Positions 1-12,278 of a stretch of DNA of 64,000 nt are shown in pieces. The stretch comes from Felis catus (taxonomy: Eukaryota): contig NC_058368.1 in NCBI RefSeq assembly GCF_018350175.1, forward strand, positions 167,092,001 to 167,156,000. Direction: 5' to 3'. Position numbers and translations under genes: made by a program. How positions within the stretch are numbered: the stretch's first letter is position 1; every line of letters starts with the position of its first letter. The notes under the pieces are model-generated. The model worked only from the letters and a program-made list of their open reading frames with translations, did not search any database and had not been told where the DNA came from.

Positions 1-937
1 CATAGAAGGAAGGTTTCAAGATAGATTTTTTTAAATGATGCTGAAATATGCTTTGAGGAAAAGGATGTGGGAATTTCTAAAAAGAAAATTATTGAAAGCT
101 ATCTCTTGGTGTGGTTTAAGTGCTAGCCGAAGACAAGTTGAACTGTAGGACTTCCTGAAATTCCTCTGAGTCTAGAGTCTTTGAAATTTAACCTGGAGCT
201 TTCAGACCACACAGTTCTTTTCATTTGTTGATTTACTCAAAAAACATTTGCTGTGCATCTACTATATGCTTGGTCCGGTGAGAAGCACTGGGGTACCCAG
301 TGATCAGCACAATGCAGTAAGACAAGACCCCTGACCTGTAGTGCTCCTGTAGAGATTAAGATTGCTTCAAAGACAGACTGCAGAGGAGATGTGAAGGAGG
401 TGCAGCGTCTTCCCCATGTTTGCACCTGTGTGTGCCCCAGCTCCTTCCTCACAGCCTTGCCTTTCTCAGCGTAGTCTCTGGCTCTGGTCTGGCCTGTCTG
501 GCAAAGTGCTTTGCCGCAATCTCTTGTACTTTCCATGCCCGCTTCCCTGATGTAAGGTCTTAGATAGAAGGACATAGAGTCTTATTAAGTGCATGCTTAA
601 CAAATATGTAATTTCTAACCACTCCATCGGAGGGGAGGGGATTATACTTTAAAAGATGACATTTACTACTACAAATTAAGAATTCTTAATGTTAACGTAT
701 AGAAAATAAGGCAAAACCGAGAAAAAATACTTAGTCCAGATGTGGGAGATAGTTGATGAGAGATACAATCCTTGGTACTCTTTAAATCACACCACTATAA
801 AGTTTGATCTTACAGGGCCAGCCTTTTGTCTGTTGCCCTTTCTCCTCAGTGTGCCAAAACTAAGTGCCAAATGTGGAAGCTCCATAGATCATCTAAGTGT
901 GGCATACAGTCCTCTACATCGTGCTGAGTAGATGTCA

Positions 938-1162
938 TTTTTTTTTTTAATTTTTTTTTCAACGTTTATTTATTTTTGGGACAGAGAGAGACAGAGCATG
1001 AACGGGGAAGGGGCAGAGAGAGAGGGAGACACAGAATCGGAAACAGGCTCCAGGCTCTGAGCCATCAGCCCAGAGCCCGACGCGGGGCTCGAACTCCCGG
1101 ACCGCGAGATCGTGACCTGGCTGAAGTCGGAAGCTTAACCGACTGCGCCACCCAGGCGCCCC
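938..1162 (-). mobile_element. Young felid CanSINE (SINEC_Fc type) inserted in a former exon
   Basis: GGGGCGCCTGGGTGGCGCAGTCGGTTAAG head, (CT)n, AATAAA/poly-A on minus strand; TSD tagatgtcatttttt at 929-943 and 1163-1177; CpGs intact. Confidence 0.97.
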
Positions 1163-1471
1163 TAGATGTCATTTTTTAACACCATGAGTTTCTGTTTCAG
1201 TGTAAGCATTTGACTTCTTTTGGGGATCCTAAAAATGTATTCTTCCATGATTTAAGCTGAAATTATCTCAGGGGAAACAAAGTATATGGAACAAAAAAAG
1301 GTGTTGTTGAAATTCTGTTAGCCCTTGCCTCTTCAACTACCACCCAATTCAAACTAGATATAGACATCTCCTGGGTCTATAGCATTTGAATGGCACGTTA
1401 AAAACACAATCAGACATGTGGATGTTTCCAAGTATCTAAGTGTTTGGCATTATGTAGACAAATGATGGCCT

Positions 1472-1511
1472 GTTTTGTTTTGTTTTGTTTTGTTTTGTTT
1501 TGTTTTGTTTT
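1472..1511 (+). repeat. (TTTTG)n microsatellite inside a former exon
   Basis: Direct reading. Confidence 0.95.
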
Positions 1512-3916
1512 AATGCTGGAGATGGTTTATGAAAACTTCTTCTCATTACCCATAGTATTCCACAAAGGGCAAAAATCTGCACCCTAGGTTTTCTGTGGAG
1601 ACTATATAAAAAAGTGATTTTGAGAAAAGATAAAGGGGGCCTGTCTTCCTGTGTAGTATCAGATACTGGCCCAGAATAAATGCTTTTGGCTAGTCTGATA
1701 GGTAAAATTATCTGCTTCCAAATTTCAACATCTGGCATTCCTCCATTGTAGCTGACCTTATGATACTCTATTACCTGAAAGGCATTTCTTTCCTCCCTTG
1801 GCTTTCCCCATTAGCTAGGCAATGTGGATAGGCCTGGTCCTGCAAACATAGGTTTCTTAAAGCAAAGGCTATTAAAGCTTTAGTTCATCTACATTAATTT
1901 TTTAAATTCCTACATTTGGATGAAATTAACCCTATTTGTAGCATAAACCTGACAAGTCCATACAGACTTTTAACACCCCATTAATCTTACTTTGTTAGAC
2001 TGGGGCACACACCAGCCAAAAACTGGAAATTTGATTAGCTGGTCCCATGCATTAGCTATCTCATTGGTATGGCATTTTAAAATATTTTCCAGATATACAA
2101 AGTCATGTTCATTTTTTCAAGGTCTGTATGGGGTTAGCAAAAAATATACCAAACAACCTCCTTAAGAAACAGTTCTACTTTAGCTACCAAAAACTGATTT
2201 TCTCCTAGGGATTTTTTTCACTGATAAATAATAATCTTGAAGAGTACTATGCAGGCTGAACTTTGATTTGTGGTAACCTTTCAGCTCAGGGCATTTTTCC
2301 CCTAATCCTCTAGATTTATCAGGATCTAGTAAAATTTTTTTCCAGTGGCAATTTGATAATAATTTTCAATTTTATACAGTACTCTGGGGTTTTCAGAAAA
2401 TCCTTCTGATGGACATGAATCCAATTGGAGTCATTTTGAAATGGATAGTCAGTTTATTGGATTAGCTGATAAGGTGATGAAAATCTCTTCTAATCAGATG
2501 GATATCTTTAATGAATCAAAAAAGGCTTTTTCATCCATCTCTAACTCATTAAAGCCTTTGTAAATCTCGGGGAATGACTTAATGGTACATTTTATGTCCC
2601 TTTCTTCTTTTGTGATTTTTAAACAGCTTAGCAAATTGTTCATAGAGAAAACTGTGTATCACAGCATAAATGCTTCAATTCAGAAGCTAACGCAGCCCCC
2701 TTGCTCACAAGGAGCTGGCCAACCAAGCTGAAATCAGGAGGACACCAAAACTAATCTATTTTAGATTCTCGGAGACCAGAAAAATAAGTTGTAATGCACA
2801 AGGGCATTTGCTCCTGGAGGTTTCACCTGAGATTTCCATCTCTTCTCTCATCTCCACATTAAGCAAAAAGAATAGAAGCGTGGCCTGAGGCAAAGCAAGG
2901 CCTTTTCCTCTAAACTCCTGAATAGTGTCACAGTTGGTGAAAGCAGCTGATTTAACAGAGTGACTTACAACAGATATATTCACCTGAGGATTATTTCAGC
3001 TTCTCAGCAAAATGACTGGACAGTTAAAGGCATATACCCTTTTTTTTGTCGTCCTTTTCTTTAACTGATAACTCATTCACTCAACACTTCTACAGTAACA
3101 GGTGATAACCACTAATAAAGCGAACATCCGTTTCCATTTTGTTGGTATTCAAATTAAAAGATATTACTACCCTTTTTCTCTGTGGAAACCTGGAATATAT
3201 CCTTTCTGTCACTGAGAAACTGCTTTGGCCTAAGGAGCTAATAGCTCAATAAGCAAATGCAGTATTCTGAACAGATAACCACATTCACTTCAAACAGGAA
3301 GACAAAGGCAAACTTGATTGCTTTTTCTGGGTACCAAGTCACTTCTGATAACATGTGGGCCCCCAACTACCCTGTGAGTCTCATCTCACCTATTAGCTCC
3401 TCATCTAGCTCCTACTCGATGACAGAGTCACCAAATACCAGACTAAAGCTGATGACTATTTTTAATCACAAAAGGTGTACAGCTATTCTCTCGTAATACA
3501 AAAACACCCATCAATCATATGACATTTTGAACATATGTCATTCTAAAATTCACAAAGTTTTAAGGTTAGCTCCTTTTAAGCATAAGATTCTTTTCTTAGA
3601 ACTTACATTCATTTCAGAAAATAAATCTAATCATGCCAGAAAGCACAGCTTTTAAATTCACAAATGCCTATAAAGTTGGCTGTGTAAGTTTTTATAAGAA
3701 AGTCACAAATTTATAGGACTCTTGTATATACTGTTTCTCTCCATCTGTCCTTAGCCAAAACCATTCCTTGTATTTTGTTAATAACCACTTTATTATACTA
3801 CTAGCATTTTTAAACATAAATTTTAGGATTGAATTTTAGCCTATTTCCTCTGCTAACACATTTCATATCTTATTTGAAAGAAGCTAAGTGAACTTCAGCT
3901 GAAGAGTTTCACATAC

Positions 3917-3990
3917 TCTCCTCATTGCAAGTACAGTCTCTGGGGAATAATTTCCTGTGGGAAGTAAATTGTAGGAGTATCTCCATTGTT
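3917..3990 (-). pseudogene. Exon remnant, 74 nt, phase 1 to 0
   Basis: cttacttttccatag|AA CAA TGG...AGG AGA|gtatgt; (E)QWRYSYNLLPTGNYSPETVLAMRR, no stop. Confidence 0.8.
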
Positions 3991-4071
3991 CTATGGAAAA
4001 GTAAGAACAGCTGCCAACTGTTCTTTTTAAATAACCTATATAGAAAAATGTCAAACTAGGGGCATTTGTAC

Positions 4072-4210
4072 CTTTCCCTTGACTAAATACAGCCATCTTC
4101 TTTAAGCACTTACTAAAAGGGAATTTGTTAACCAAGCCGATGTCTCGAAAACAGGCCAGATGCCACCAAACAGAAATTCAATAGTATTTTTCTTAGCACT
4201 GTAGAAGATA
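4072..4210 (-). pseudogene. Exon remnant, 139 nt, phase 0 to 1
   Basis: tatttaacag|TAT CTT...AAA G|gtacaa; YLLQC*EKYY*ISVWWHLACFRDIGLVNKFPFSKCLKKMAVFSQGK. Confidence 0.78.
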
Positions 4211-4885
4211 CTGTTAAATACTATTTAGCATGTCTGTGTTAAAATGATTAATGAAGTGTATATTTCCTGTTCTTCCTTCTCTTTCTCTCTCCCTCTCTCT
4301 TTTTTAGTCAGTGATAGCATACCAAAGTTATAATAACTTCTGGGTTTCTTGTGTATGGCACAATTATGTGAAAAGACATGTTTGTCCCACTACACTAAAA
4401 GGAAAAAATATAAAATATATATAATATTATATTTTTATCTAAAAATGTATATCAATTATGTATGCACACACATGTAATTCCTGAATTTTTCTCATTTGAT
4501 GGCTATTCATTCTAAAATAAAAAGGGAATATATAACACTTATATATAAAACATTTTGTAATATGGCTTCTATTTCTTTTGTTCTTAATAGTGGAATGTTA
4601 TGGGGGCAGTGTTTGTTTAAGCAAGATTTGCTCTGAACTTGGTAAATTGTCAAAGAGCACCTAAATTATATCCCTGGGAATTTCTAAACTGTACTTAAAT
4701 TTTTGAATACTCTATTAGGAGAACATCTGTAAATAGTCTGATACATGAGCTCACTTGCAAACATAGCCATTTTGGTATTTTAAATAATCACCCCAGAATT
4801 TTTTTTTTAATATCATTTTGAAATCAGACAGCACAGCAAGGAGGTAGGTGTCAAAATTAAACACAAATGGAGATGAGGTCATTAC

Positions 4886-5072
4886 TTATACATTAGTATT
4901 TTTTATTCTTTTGGGTCCTTTTTTGTTGGGGTCATATTTATGTTGTCATTCCCTTCTGAAAGATGGAAAAACAGATGATTTAAAACATGGTGCTATGTTT
5001 TTGACAGCATTGTCAGAGCCAACGTATGAATTTTATTTCAACATAAATATACTACAATGCTGAATATTTTCC
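4886..5072 (-). pseudogene. Exon remnant, 187 nt, phase 2 to 0
   Basis: cctctatttcag|G GAA AAT...|gtaatg; ENIQHCSIFMLK*NSYVGSDNAVKNIAPCFKSSVFPSFRRE*QHKYDPNKKGPKRIKNTNV*. Confidence 0.65.
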
Positions 5073-5224
5073 CTGAAATAGAGGCATAGTAAGAATGTCA
5101 ATGTAATGGTAGTATTCAAAGATTTTATAGGGTTTTTTTTCCTTAACAAAAAGTGAAAATAAAGAGAAAATTCCTGGGAAATATTCTGAAGGGGTGCATA
5201 AATTGGACTAAGTTAGCTTCTTAC

Positions 5225-5400
5225 ATGTCTATCCACTTCACTATATCTCCAACTGCAGTAGGTGAATTGGATCATTTTTTTTTCTTTTTGAAACTGAACC
5301 AGACAAAGAGAAGATTATTAGATACATAAAGGAGATGCTGTATAAATCGTCATGTGTTCACTGGTATGTTACAGTGTAGGATAGAAACAATTGAAACGAT
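5225..5400 (-). pseudogene. Exon remnant, 5' boundary uncertain
   Basis: Ends SNSPTAVGDIVKWID AT|gtaaga (phase 2, joins G to give ATG). Confidence 0.55.
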
Positions 5401-5683
5401 ATAAAATATATATTAAAAAAAAACAGAGGAATAACATACACAAAGTGAACACTATACCAACCAAAGAGATGCAGTTGTGGAGGGAACTGTTTGTAGTAAG
5501 AATCATTATATTAAAGTAGCGGCCAAATTTAGCCCCATCTTACTTTAAGGCAATGTCTAAGAAACTGGAAAATTAATTACATCTTGTGGCTTTGTTCAAT
5601 TTCTGTTTGTGTTGGCTAATAAAAAAAATATGTTACAGGTTCTCTGAACTTATTTCCCTTTAAAAAAAAAATGGGTATTCCAT

Positions 5684-5825
5684 GGGGCGCCTGGGTGGCT
5701 TAGTCTGTCAAGCATCTGACTTCGGCTTAGGTCATGATCTCACGGTTCCAGCCCTGTGTCAGGCTCTGTGCTGACATCTTGGAGCCTGGAGCCTGCTTCA
5801 GATTCTGTGTCTCCCTCTTTCTGTG

Positions 5826-5870
<45 letters not shown>

Positions 5871-5915
5871 CTCTCTGTCTCTCTCTCAAAAATAAATAAA
5901 CATTAAACAAATTTT
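5684..5915 (+). mobile_element. CanSINE
   Basis: ggggcgcctgggtggct head, long (CT)n, aaaataaataaa tail. Confidence 0.95.
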
Positions 5916-5940
5916 AAATCAATATTCCAAAGAAAGTTAC

Positions 5941-6737
5941 CTCGACTTTTATAAGACCTGACCATCTCTCAGTGGTAAATAATGATGATGATGGTGGTGG
6001 TGTAGGTTAGTTTTCCTCATTGCAGCAATTGGATTAAACACAAGCTCAAATAAAATAAAAGCTGTCAGGTTACAAGGGTCAAACAAATTAAATTTTCTTT
6101 GAGATTTGGATCACCATCTGAGCCTAGTAAGTAAGTTTCTTAATTGAATATTAGGAACTGTCACTCAAACATGGGGAAAACAGTGATGATTATGTAATGG
6201 CTTTCTATTGAGATTATTTTTGTCTAGCATATGGACTATTTCACATCACACTTCGCAAGTTTTGATACCTCTGACATCTTAATCTAAAGTAGATACTGTT
6301 TAAAATCCTGTGATCACTAAAGTGCTCTAAAATATGAGCTATTTAAATATGTATTTCCTGGTAATTAATGCCTACCGGTGACAGTGACCAAATGTTTCAT
6401 TACAGGATGGTTAATGAAAAGAAACCATAACTGAAGAGGAACATAAGAGAATTAACCTAGACGTTTTTTCCCTCGTAACCTTTTGCATTGCCACAGAATA
6501 AACAGATTTAACACAGTAGTTCTTTAATCTTCTTTAAAAGCATGGTGATGGGAAATTTCCTATATAAAATATTGGATCCTGAATATGGTTATTAATCAAA
6601 TTCAACATTGAATTCAGGAACTGCGTGAGAGGTTGTCAAATTTATAGAGAAAAGGTCAAATTAGTTTACATAGTATGAGTAAATTATTTTCACATCTGAC
6701 TAAATGATTTTTTAAACTCAGACATTATTTTTGAAGC
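5941..6737 (-). pseudogene. Exon remnant, about 800 nt, heavily decayed
   Basis: ttctgttttctgttag| acceptor and GAG|gtaact donor; segments QPLTQFLNSMLNLINNHIQDPIFYIGNFPSP and SKSQRKFNLFDPCNLTAFILFELVFNPIAAMRK; many stops. Confidence 0.55.
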
Positions 6738-7061
6738 CTAACAGAAAACAGAACATTGAATCACAAAGAGTAGAGGAAATATAAAGTCACCGAGTTAATG
6801 CTTTGTCTATTTTAATTAACTACTCAATACAAAAATTTTAAGCAGGTTACAAACACAACGTGCACATACAACAAACAGGATTACAACTACCTAGACAAAT
6901 TTAACCTTACAAGGTTAAATAAGAGTAGAAGAAAATGCACCAAGTTATTAGCTGAGTTTGAGTAGCAAAATTCTCATTGATTTTGTTTCTCTTATTTTGC
7001 TGTACTTTCATCTTGATAAATAGGAATTATTTTAAAGAAAATGTATATTATTATAAGTAAT

Positions 7062-7268
7062 TTTTAAATATTTATTTTTGAGAGAGAGAGAAAGAGGCAG
7101 AGTACAAGTTGGGGAGGGACAGAGAGACAGGGAGGGACAGAATCCAAAGCAGGCTCCAGGCTCCAAGCTGTCAGCACAGAGCTGATGCAAGGGTCAAACC
7201 CACGAGTTGTGAGATCATTACCTGAGCCGAAGTCAGAAGCTTAACCAACTAAGCCACCCACGTGCCCC
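7062..7268 (-). mobile_element. CanSINE
   Basis: tttatttttgagagag...agccacccacgtgcccc. Confidence 0.93.
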
Positions 7269-7350
7269 TGCAAATATTTTAATTAAGACATTTCTTCTTA
7301 AAAAATAATTTCATTTTTTACTGATGCTTTTCAAGAAATGTGAGAACCAC

Positions 7351-7680
7351 CTTAGTCTGTTGTGTTTTAGTGGTTGTTTCTGTAGAAAAAAGTCCAAATG
7401 TGTAACAAGTGCAGTTTAGTAAGGAAGACAATTCTTTATGTACATTGCCTTAATTTAGGAGTTCTAAGGTTCAAATCACAAATTAAATGGCTTCCAGAAA
7501 CATATTTAATATACCCAAGATTACTTCTGTGTTTCTTTGAGTCCAAGTACATTATCTTTTCAGCAGTAAATGCTGGCCTCTTTTCAGTAAACAGTGCGTT
7601 TGGCAAGAACTGAAGCATTTTCTCGGCTGTGCAAGTGATGATTAATGATTCAGTGTTCAACAGTATCATGACAATTTTCA
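7351..7680 (-). pseudogene. Exon remnant, 330 nt
   Basis: aaaccttcag|TG AAA ATT...AAG|gtggtt; KIVMILLNTESLIITCTAEKMLQFLPNALFTEKRPAFTAEKIMYLDSKKHRSNLGYIKYVSGSHLICDLNLRTPKLRQCT* (ORF track 7436..7681). Confidence 0.75.
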
Positions 7681-7983
7681 CTGAAGGTTTGGTTTAAAAA
7701 ATATATCCTATCTATTTCTCTTCTTCAAATTCATATATGTAAAAGGAAGGGCAAGATCCAGCTAAAAATCACATGGCATAGAGATTGAGAATGCATTTAA
7801 ATATAAGTATTTCATCTTCCTGAATCAGCTCTGCTTCCCCCAATTCATGGAAAGTAGAATAGTGTATTAATATATTATGATGCGTGGCATTTCTTTAAAT
7901 AGCTAAAAAACAGGGATAGTCCTTCCTTTGATATAAATAATGCTCATATACATACCTAGAGAAGCAATAATTTTCTGTGATAC

Positions 7984-8404
7984 TGATATGCCCCGATTCG
8001 AAAGACCCCCCGAAAACAAACCACCAGAGTCCAGAGTCAAAGCCAAGCGGCAAGGGTCGTTTATTGCAGGTTCGAACCCGGTCCTCTGCGCACTCGTTGC
8101 CGGTGACGCTAAGAGGCCCCGAGCAAGGATCTTACAGCTTCTTTTATAGACAGGCACAAACAAGTTAGGGATTTTTTTGAGGTTACAGAGCTGTTATTGG
8201 TTGACATTTAAATTTGAACACTCAGCAGAACTCGATTGGTTCCCGCCTTTATTTCAAACCATTCAGCAGAACTTGATTGGTTCCCGCCTTTATGTCAGAC
8301 TACAACCGGGCGTGCCCTGGCTGGATTCGGGAACGCGGGGGGAGGGGAAAGATCTTTTCTTTGCAGTTGTGAGTACACCTGGTAATTTTTCTCTTAGCCT
8401 TTCA
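7984..8404 (-). mobile_element. Solo LTR of a gammaretrovirus-like (ERV1) endogenous retrovirus, 421 bp
   Basis: TG...CA termini, 4-bp TSD ATAC (7980-7983, 8405-8408); minus strand starts TGAAAGG, with CCAAT/GGCGGG repeats, TATAAAA near 8145 and AATAAA near 8062; CpG-rich. Confidence 0.9.
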
Positions 8405-9420
8405 ATACCAACACATTCTGAAAATAGAAACCTGTAAAAATAATACCAGTATTTATTGTTTGGTTATGAAGTACCAGGTACTGGGCTGAGTGGTTATAAG
8501 TTACAGTTCATTGAGGCTTTTCTGCATCTCTGAGAGTAGGAGATGAAGAAACAGACCCCAGACAGTAGATAACTTACCAAGTTTCACAGCTCATGAGAGT
8601 GGTACGGGACCCAGGGAATTCTACTATACTGTGATGCCACCTTCATATTGCTTGAAAGGGTGTGGACTGGGTGGTTGGCTTGAGTCAGAGCCTTCAAATA
8701 ACCTTGTCATAGCTGATGTTCATTTATTCTACACTTTAGCAAATTTGCAGACAAAAATTTTCCCAGACTAGAAGAGAACCGAATGTTCATCAGTGAGGGA
8801 AGGTGAATAAAGTTGGGAATATACTCTTTAGGTTAGGTTAAAAGGATTTCCTTGAGAGATTTTTAAGGGGAAAAAGCAGATTTCTTCCCTCAGCTTGAAA
8901 TCCAGGGAAAGGGAATTACGAGAACAATTGGCCGGAAACTTCTTTCTGTGTTGAGAATAGCTTTTAGGAAATAGTTTAAGCTGCTATTATTTAATTATTT
9001 CTGCCTCTTTAGCATTTAAAAACTTTGACCTTCAAAGAAAAAAATAGCCTATCCCTAGAATGGAAAAATAAGTTTTCAAAAGACAAATGTTTCTTACAGA
9101 ATATATATCTGTTTTTTTTTTTAATTGGATAGTTAATAGATTAATTGGTTTAGTTCTTCAGTGTTTGGTCAGTAGGTAGATTTTTATTATTCTTGAAAGC
9201 CAGTAAGGAATTCACCCTAAGCAATTGATTTTCAGAATGAATACACTTTTAATATTTTTCCTTGGTAATTTAAACAATCTCAACAGTGTAAAAATGTCAA
9301 ACAATACATAAAAGTGAAAGCAAGTAAAATATATACTGTAATTATACCACTCTATGATAACCATCATTAACATTCTGATGACCAAACTTTCTTGCACATG
9401 ACTTCATGTGTGATGGACTA

Positions 9421-9540
9421 GATAGAAAGATAGAAAGAAAGAGAGAAAGAGGAAGAGAGAGAGGGAAAAAAAGGAAGGAAAAGAAAAAGAAAGAAAGAAG
9501 GAAAGAAAGAAAGGAGAAAAAGAGTAGGAAAGAAAGAAAG
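9421..9540 (+). repeat. GA-rich (GAAA)n-like low-complexity tract
   Basis: Direct reading. Confidence 0.9.
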
Positions 9541-10066
9541 AATTTTACATAAATAGAATGATAGCATGCATGTAGTGGTTTTGTTTTGAATGTTTTTACT
9601 TCTGTTAACCTCCTGCCTGCATCCACATTAACTGCCCCTTACCGTCAGTCCTAGGTAGTTCATATTAGGAACTTTTTCTCTTTTCCATATTTGTCTCATT
9701 ATGTAATCATTTGCAGTGATATGTGGAAATTTTGCAACTGTTTATTTCACAAAAATTAAATTGGTTATACAATGTTTTATTTCCAAATGATGGTCCACTT
9801 AGTGTGTTTCTGTTTTCCAAAGAGCATTTAAATGAGTATCTGTGGACCTCTCTGTTTTACATACATAAGGGTCTTACTTTAGATAGATTTGCAGAAGTAG
9901 AATATGAAACCAAAAGATCCACGTATATGTTAATTTTAGTAGATAGTAGCAGATAGCTTTTCTAAAACCTTGCAAGAAGTTTCATTTAACATGAGTGTAT
10001 TAAATAATAAAGCAATATATACTGCCTTGCCATAATAGGAAATAAGGGATATTAAAAAGCATCTCT

Positions 10067-10300
10067 GGGGTGCCTAGGTGGCTCAGTTGGTTAAGCGTCT
10101 GACTTTAGCTCAGGTTGTGATCTCACAGTCCATGAGTTTGAGCTCCACATCAGGCTCTGTGCTGACATCTCAGAGCCTAGAGCCTACTTCGGATTCTGTG
10201 TCTCCCTCTCTCTCTCTACCCTTCCCCTGCTCATGCTCACTCGCTCTCTCTCTCTCTCTCTCCCCCCCCAAAAAAAAATAAACGTTAAAAACAATTTTTA
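10067..10300 (+). mobile_element. CanSINE
   Basis: ggggtgcctaggtggctcagttggttaagcg head, (CT)n, A tail. Confidence 0.95.
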
Positions 10301-10570
10301 AAGCATTTTTTTCTCTCTCTCATTCTTTTTTTCGTTTAATATATTCAGTGAGTATGTAGATGCCAGGTACAAAACCAGTGTATAAATTCACTTAGGATCA
10401 CCAGAAATAAAAATTAATATGACTAAATCCAAGAATCTTCTACCTAGTTTCAGATACTTTCCAGTGACTGTCAAATATATCCTTCAGAAGAGCATTTGTG
10501 AGAATCATCTGTTCATGTCAAGTGGTTGAGTGGCTGGTTGGTTGGTTTTCAGTCTACTCTCCCAACTCAC

Positions 10571-10785
10571 AGCATCACTGTCACCATGTCCCCGTTATTG
10601 ATAGAAGTGTACCGAATTCTTCAGTTGTGTTGGGCAGAAACAAAGATTAAGAACCAGTGTTGCAGGCATTAATCCACCTAACCGAAACTCACTGCAAATT
10701 ATTGTCTGATTTAAAGAGCTGCAGAGCATTTTTGTCCCAGAAATTAGATCTATTGCTTTTCCTTTCTGCATTCATATACCATTAT
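10571..10785 (-). pseudogene. Exon remnant, 215 nt
   Basis: catttctaag|AT AAT GGT (phase 1 match); (D)NGI*MQKGKAIDLISGTKMLCSSLNQTIICSEFRLGGLMPATLVLNLCF; donor |gtgagt; probable late frameshift. Confidence 0.7.
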
Positions 10786-11282
10786 CTTAGAAATGTTTAC
10801 AGAATTTATGTAATCAGATTTTCTGAAATAAACTAACTTTAAAACAATTTGATAAATGCATCGTATGCAAAAATGTATCATCTAAAATATACATAATAGA
10901 CTTTATTAGATACCTTAAATGGAAGTTAAAGATAGCAGCAACCTCAGAATTCAATAAAGAAACTTTATAGAATCAACATAACTTACATATCGCTCTGTGT
11001 CTGATCATATCATATAAAGCTATTTTGGATTTTATTTTTAACTGACACAGAGGAGAAAATGCTTTATTAATTGAGGAAAGAAATCTTTGAATAGGAATAG
11101 CATTGACTTTTAAATTATTGGCCTTATCTTGCTCTTTTATGTATGCTCAGAATAGTGACAGCATTTTCAACAATGTTCCAAAAGCCATTTAGCTTACAAA
11201 GTGGAATTATTGTGATATGGTACACTTAATGCATTTCTTCTTCATAGCATCTTATTTCATAAAAATCAATTGGATTTTATGC

Positions 11283-11532
11283 CTTGCATAGAAGGCCCTT
11301 CTTCCACAATGAAGTCAGAGTTATTATGGGTAAGCTGGCCAGGTATCATCAAATGCACTCGAACCTTTCTATAGTATTTATTGTTGTACAGAATGCAGTG
11401 TAAGGCACTCCACCACACTACAATAAGTAGCACTTTCTCTAGCACATCCATTGTAGGAACTCTTTATAGGAAGCTGTTAATATTACAGAGATAGGCAATG
11501 ATGTCTTGAAGTTTTTCCAGAGAGTAGATGTA
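11283..11532 (-). pseudogene. Exon remnant, 250 nt, phase 0 to 1
   Basis: ttttgtttttgttacttcag|TAC ATC; YIYSLEKLQDIIAYLCNINSFL*RVPTMDVLEKVLLIVVWWSALHCILYNNKYYRKVRVHLMIPGQLTHNNSDFIVEEGPSMQ G|gcataa (GC or mutated donor); one stop in 83 codons. Confidence 0.78.
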
Positions 11533-12067
11533 CTGAAGTAACAAAAACAAAAACACAAAAAGCTGTCCTAACACAAGTTTACACATAGTATACCTAGCAC
11601 AGTGCCTAGTCTAAGGTAGGCATTCAACAGATATTTGCTGAATAAATGAATGAAGGCAGGTTTCTAACAAGTGTGATGATGACAGAAAGGTAAGACACTA
11701 ACAGACACAGGTAAAGGATACAAGTTCCATTGATGTAGATAAGGAAATAATACTGGATTTTCATGTAATTAGAGCTGGGGGACAAGAAGCATATTTCAAA
11801 TTGGAGGGACACACTTCCATGTCCTTTGGGAGCCCAGCCACCAGTGAGATTGCAGGTTAAAATTCCATTAGGTTTTCTGAAAACTTGTTTCCTTCCATTC
11901 TTAAGGGGCCTAATAACCTCCTGATGGCTTTCACCCCTTGTAGAGTCCCAGTTGGTGGGTATGCCTGCTTACCAAATGCAAGTGACTGATAACAACCTTG
12001 GTGCATTCCTGATCATTTACTGAATAAAAGAATCCAAGGAAGTATTCTTCAACTTAATCATCTCCAA

Positions 12068-12278
12068 TTTTTTTTTCTTAATTTCTTAATTTATTTTAGA
12101 GAGAAAGAGAGAGTATATGAGCAGGAGAGAGGGACAGAGGGAGAGAAAAAGAGAGTCTTAAGCAGGCTTCATTCCTAGTGCAGAGCCCAATTTGGAGCTC
12201 ACCCCCAAAACCCTGGGATCATGACCTGAGCATGAAGTCAAGTCAGAGACTCAACCAACTGAGCCAGCTAGGCACCCC
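12068..12278 (-). mobile_element. CanSINE (older)
   Basis: Diverged body ending gagccagctaggcacccc. Confidence 0.88.

Larger units (their letters stand above)
731..3489 (-). pseudogene. Large exon remnant (about 2.5 kb without inserts), interrupted by a SINE and a (TTTTG)n repeat
   Basis: Acceptor ttttgtattacgag|AGA ATA GCT (phase 0, matching the previous exon). Segments include RIAVHLL*LKIVISFSLVFGDSVIE*ELDEELIGEMRLTG, NNLLSCLKITKEERDIKCTIKSFPEIYKGFNELEMDEKAFFDSLKISI*LEEIF, KILLDPDKSRGLGEKCPELKGYHKSKF, VYLENILKCHTNEIANAWDQLIKFPVFGWCVPQ, KVSYNGGMPDVEIWKQIILPIRLAKSIYSGP, EYQGLYLSSTISHIWT. Donor AA|gtattt at 730; several frameshifts. Confidence 0.8.

Noticed and set aside
1620..1800. SAMD9/SAMD9L C-terminus (SIYSGP resembles SVYSGP)
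   Set aside because: Short motif only; SAMD9 has essentially a single coding exon and ends soon after that motif, whereas this frame continues and has many introns
2700..3040. Dynein heavy chain AAA6/lid resemblance (CPVILLRS..NP, LGWPAPCE)
   Set aside because: Spacing does not fit, I saw no Walker A motif in the exons, and total length is too large; only a profile search could revive it
1500..3489. Endogenous RNA-virus element (bornavirus/filovirus L-like) or transposase as source of the long degraded frame
   Set aside because: No RdRp (GDN) or DDE motifs recognised, and the block is joined to upstream exons by phase-matched GT-AG introns
7903..8437. Four overlapping ORFs in the track
   Set aside because: They lie over the GC-rich solo LTR, with no gag/pol/env similarity
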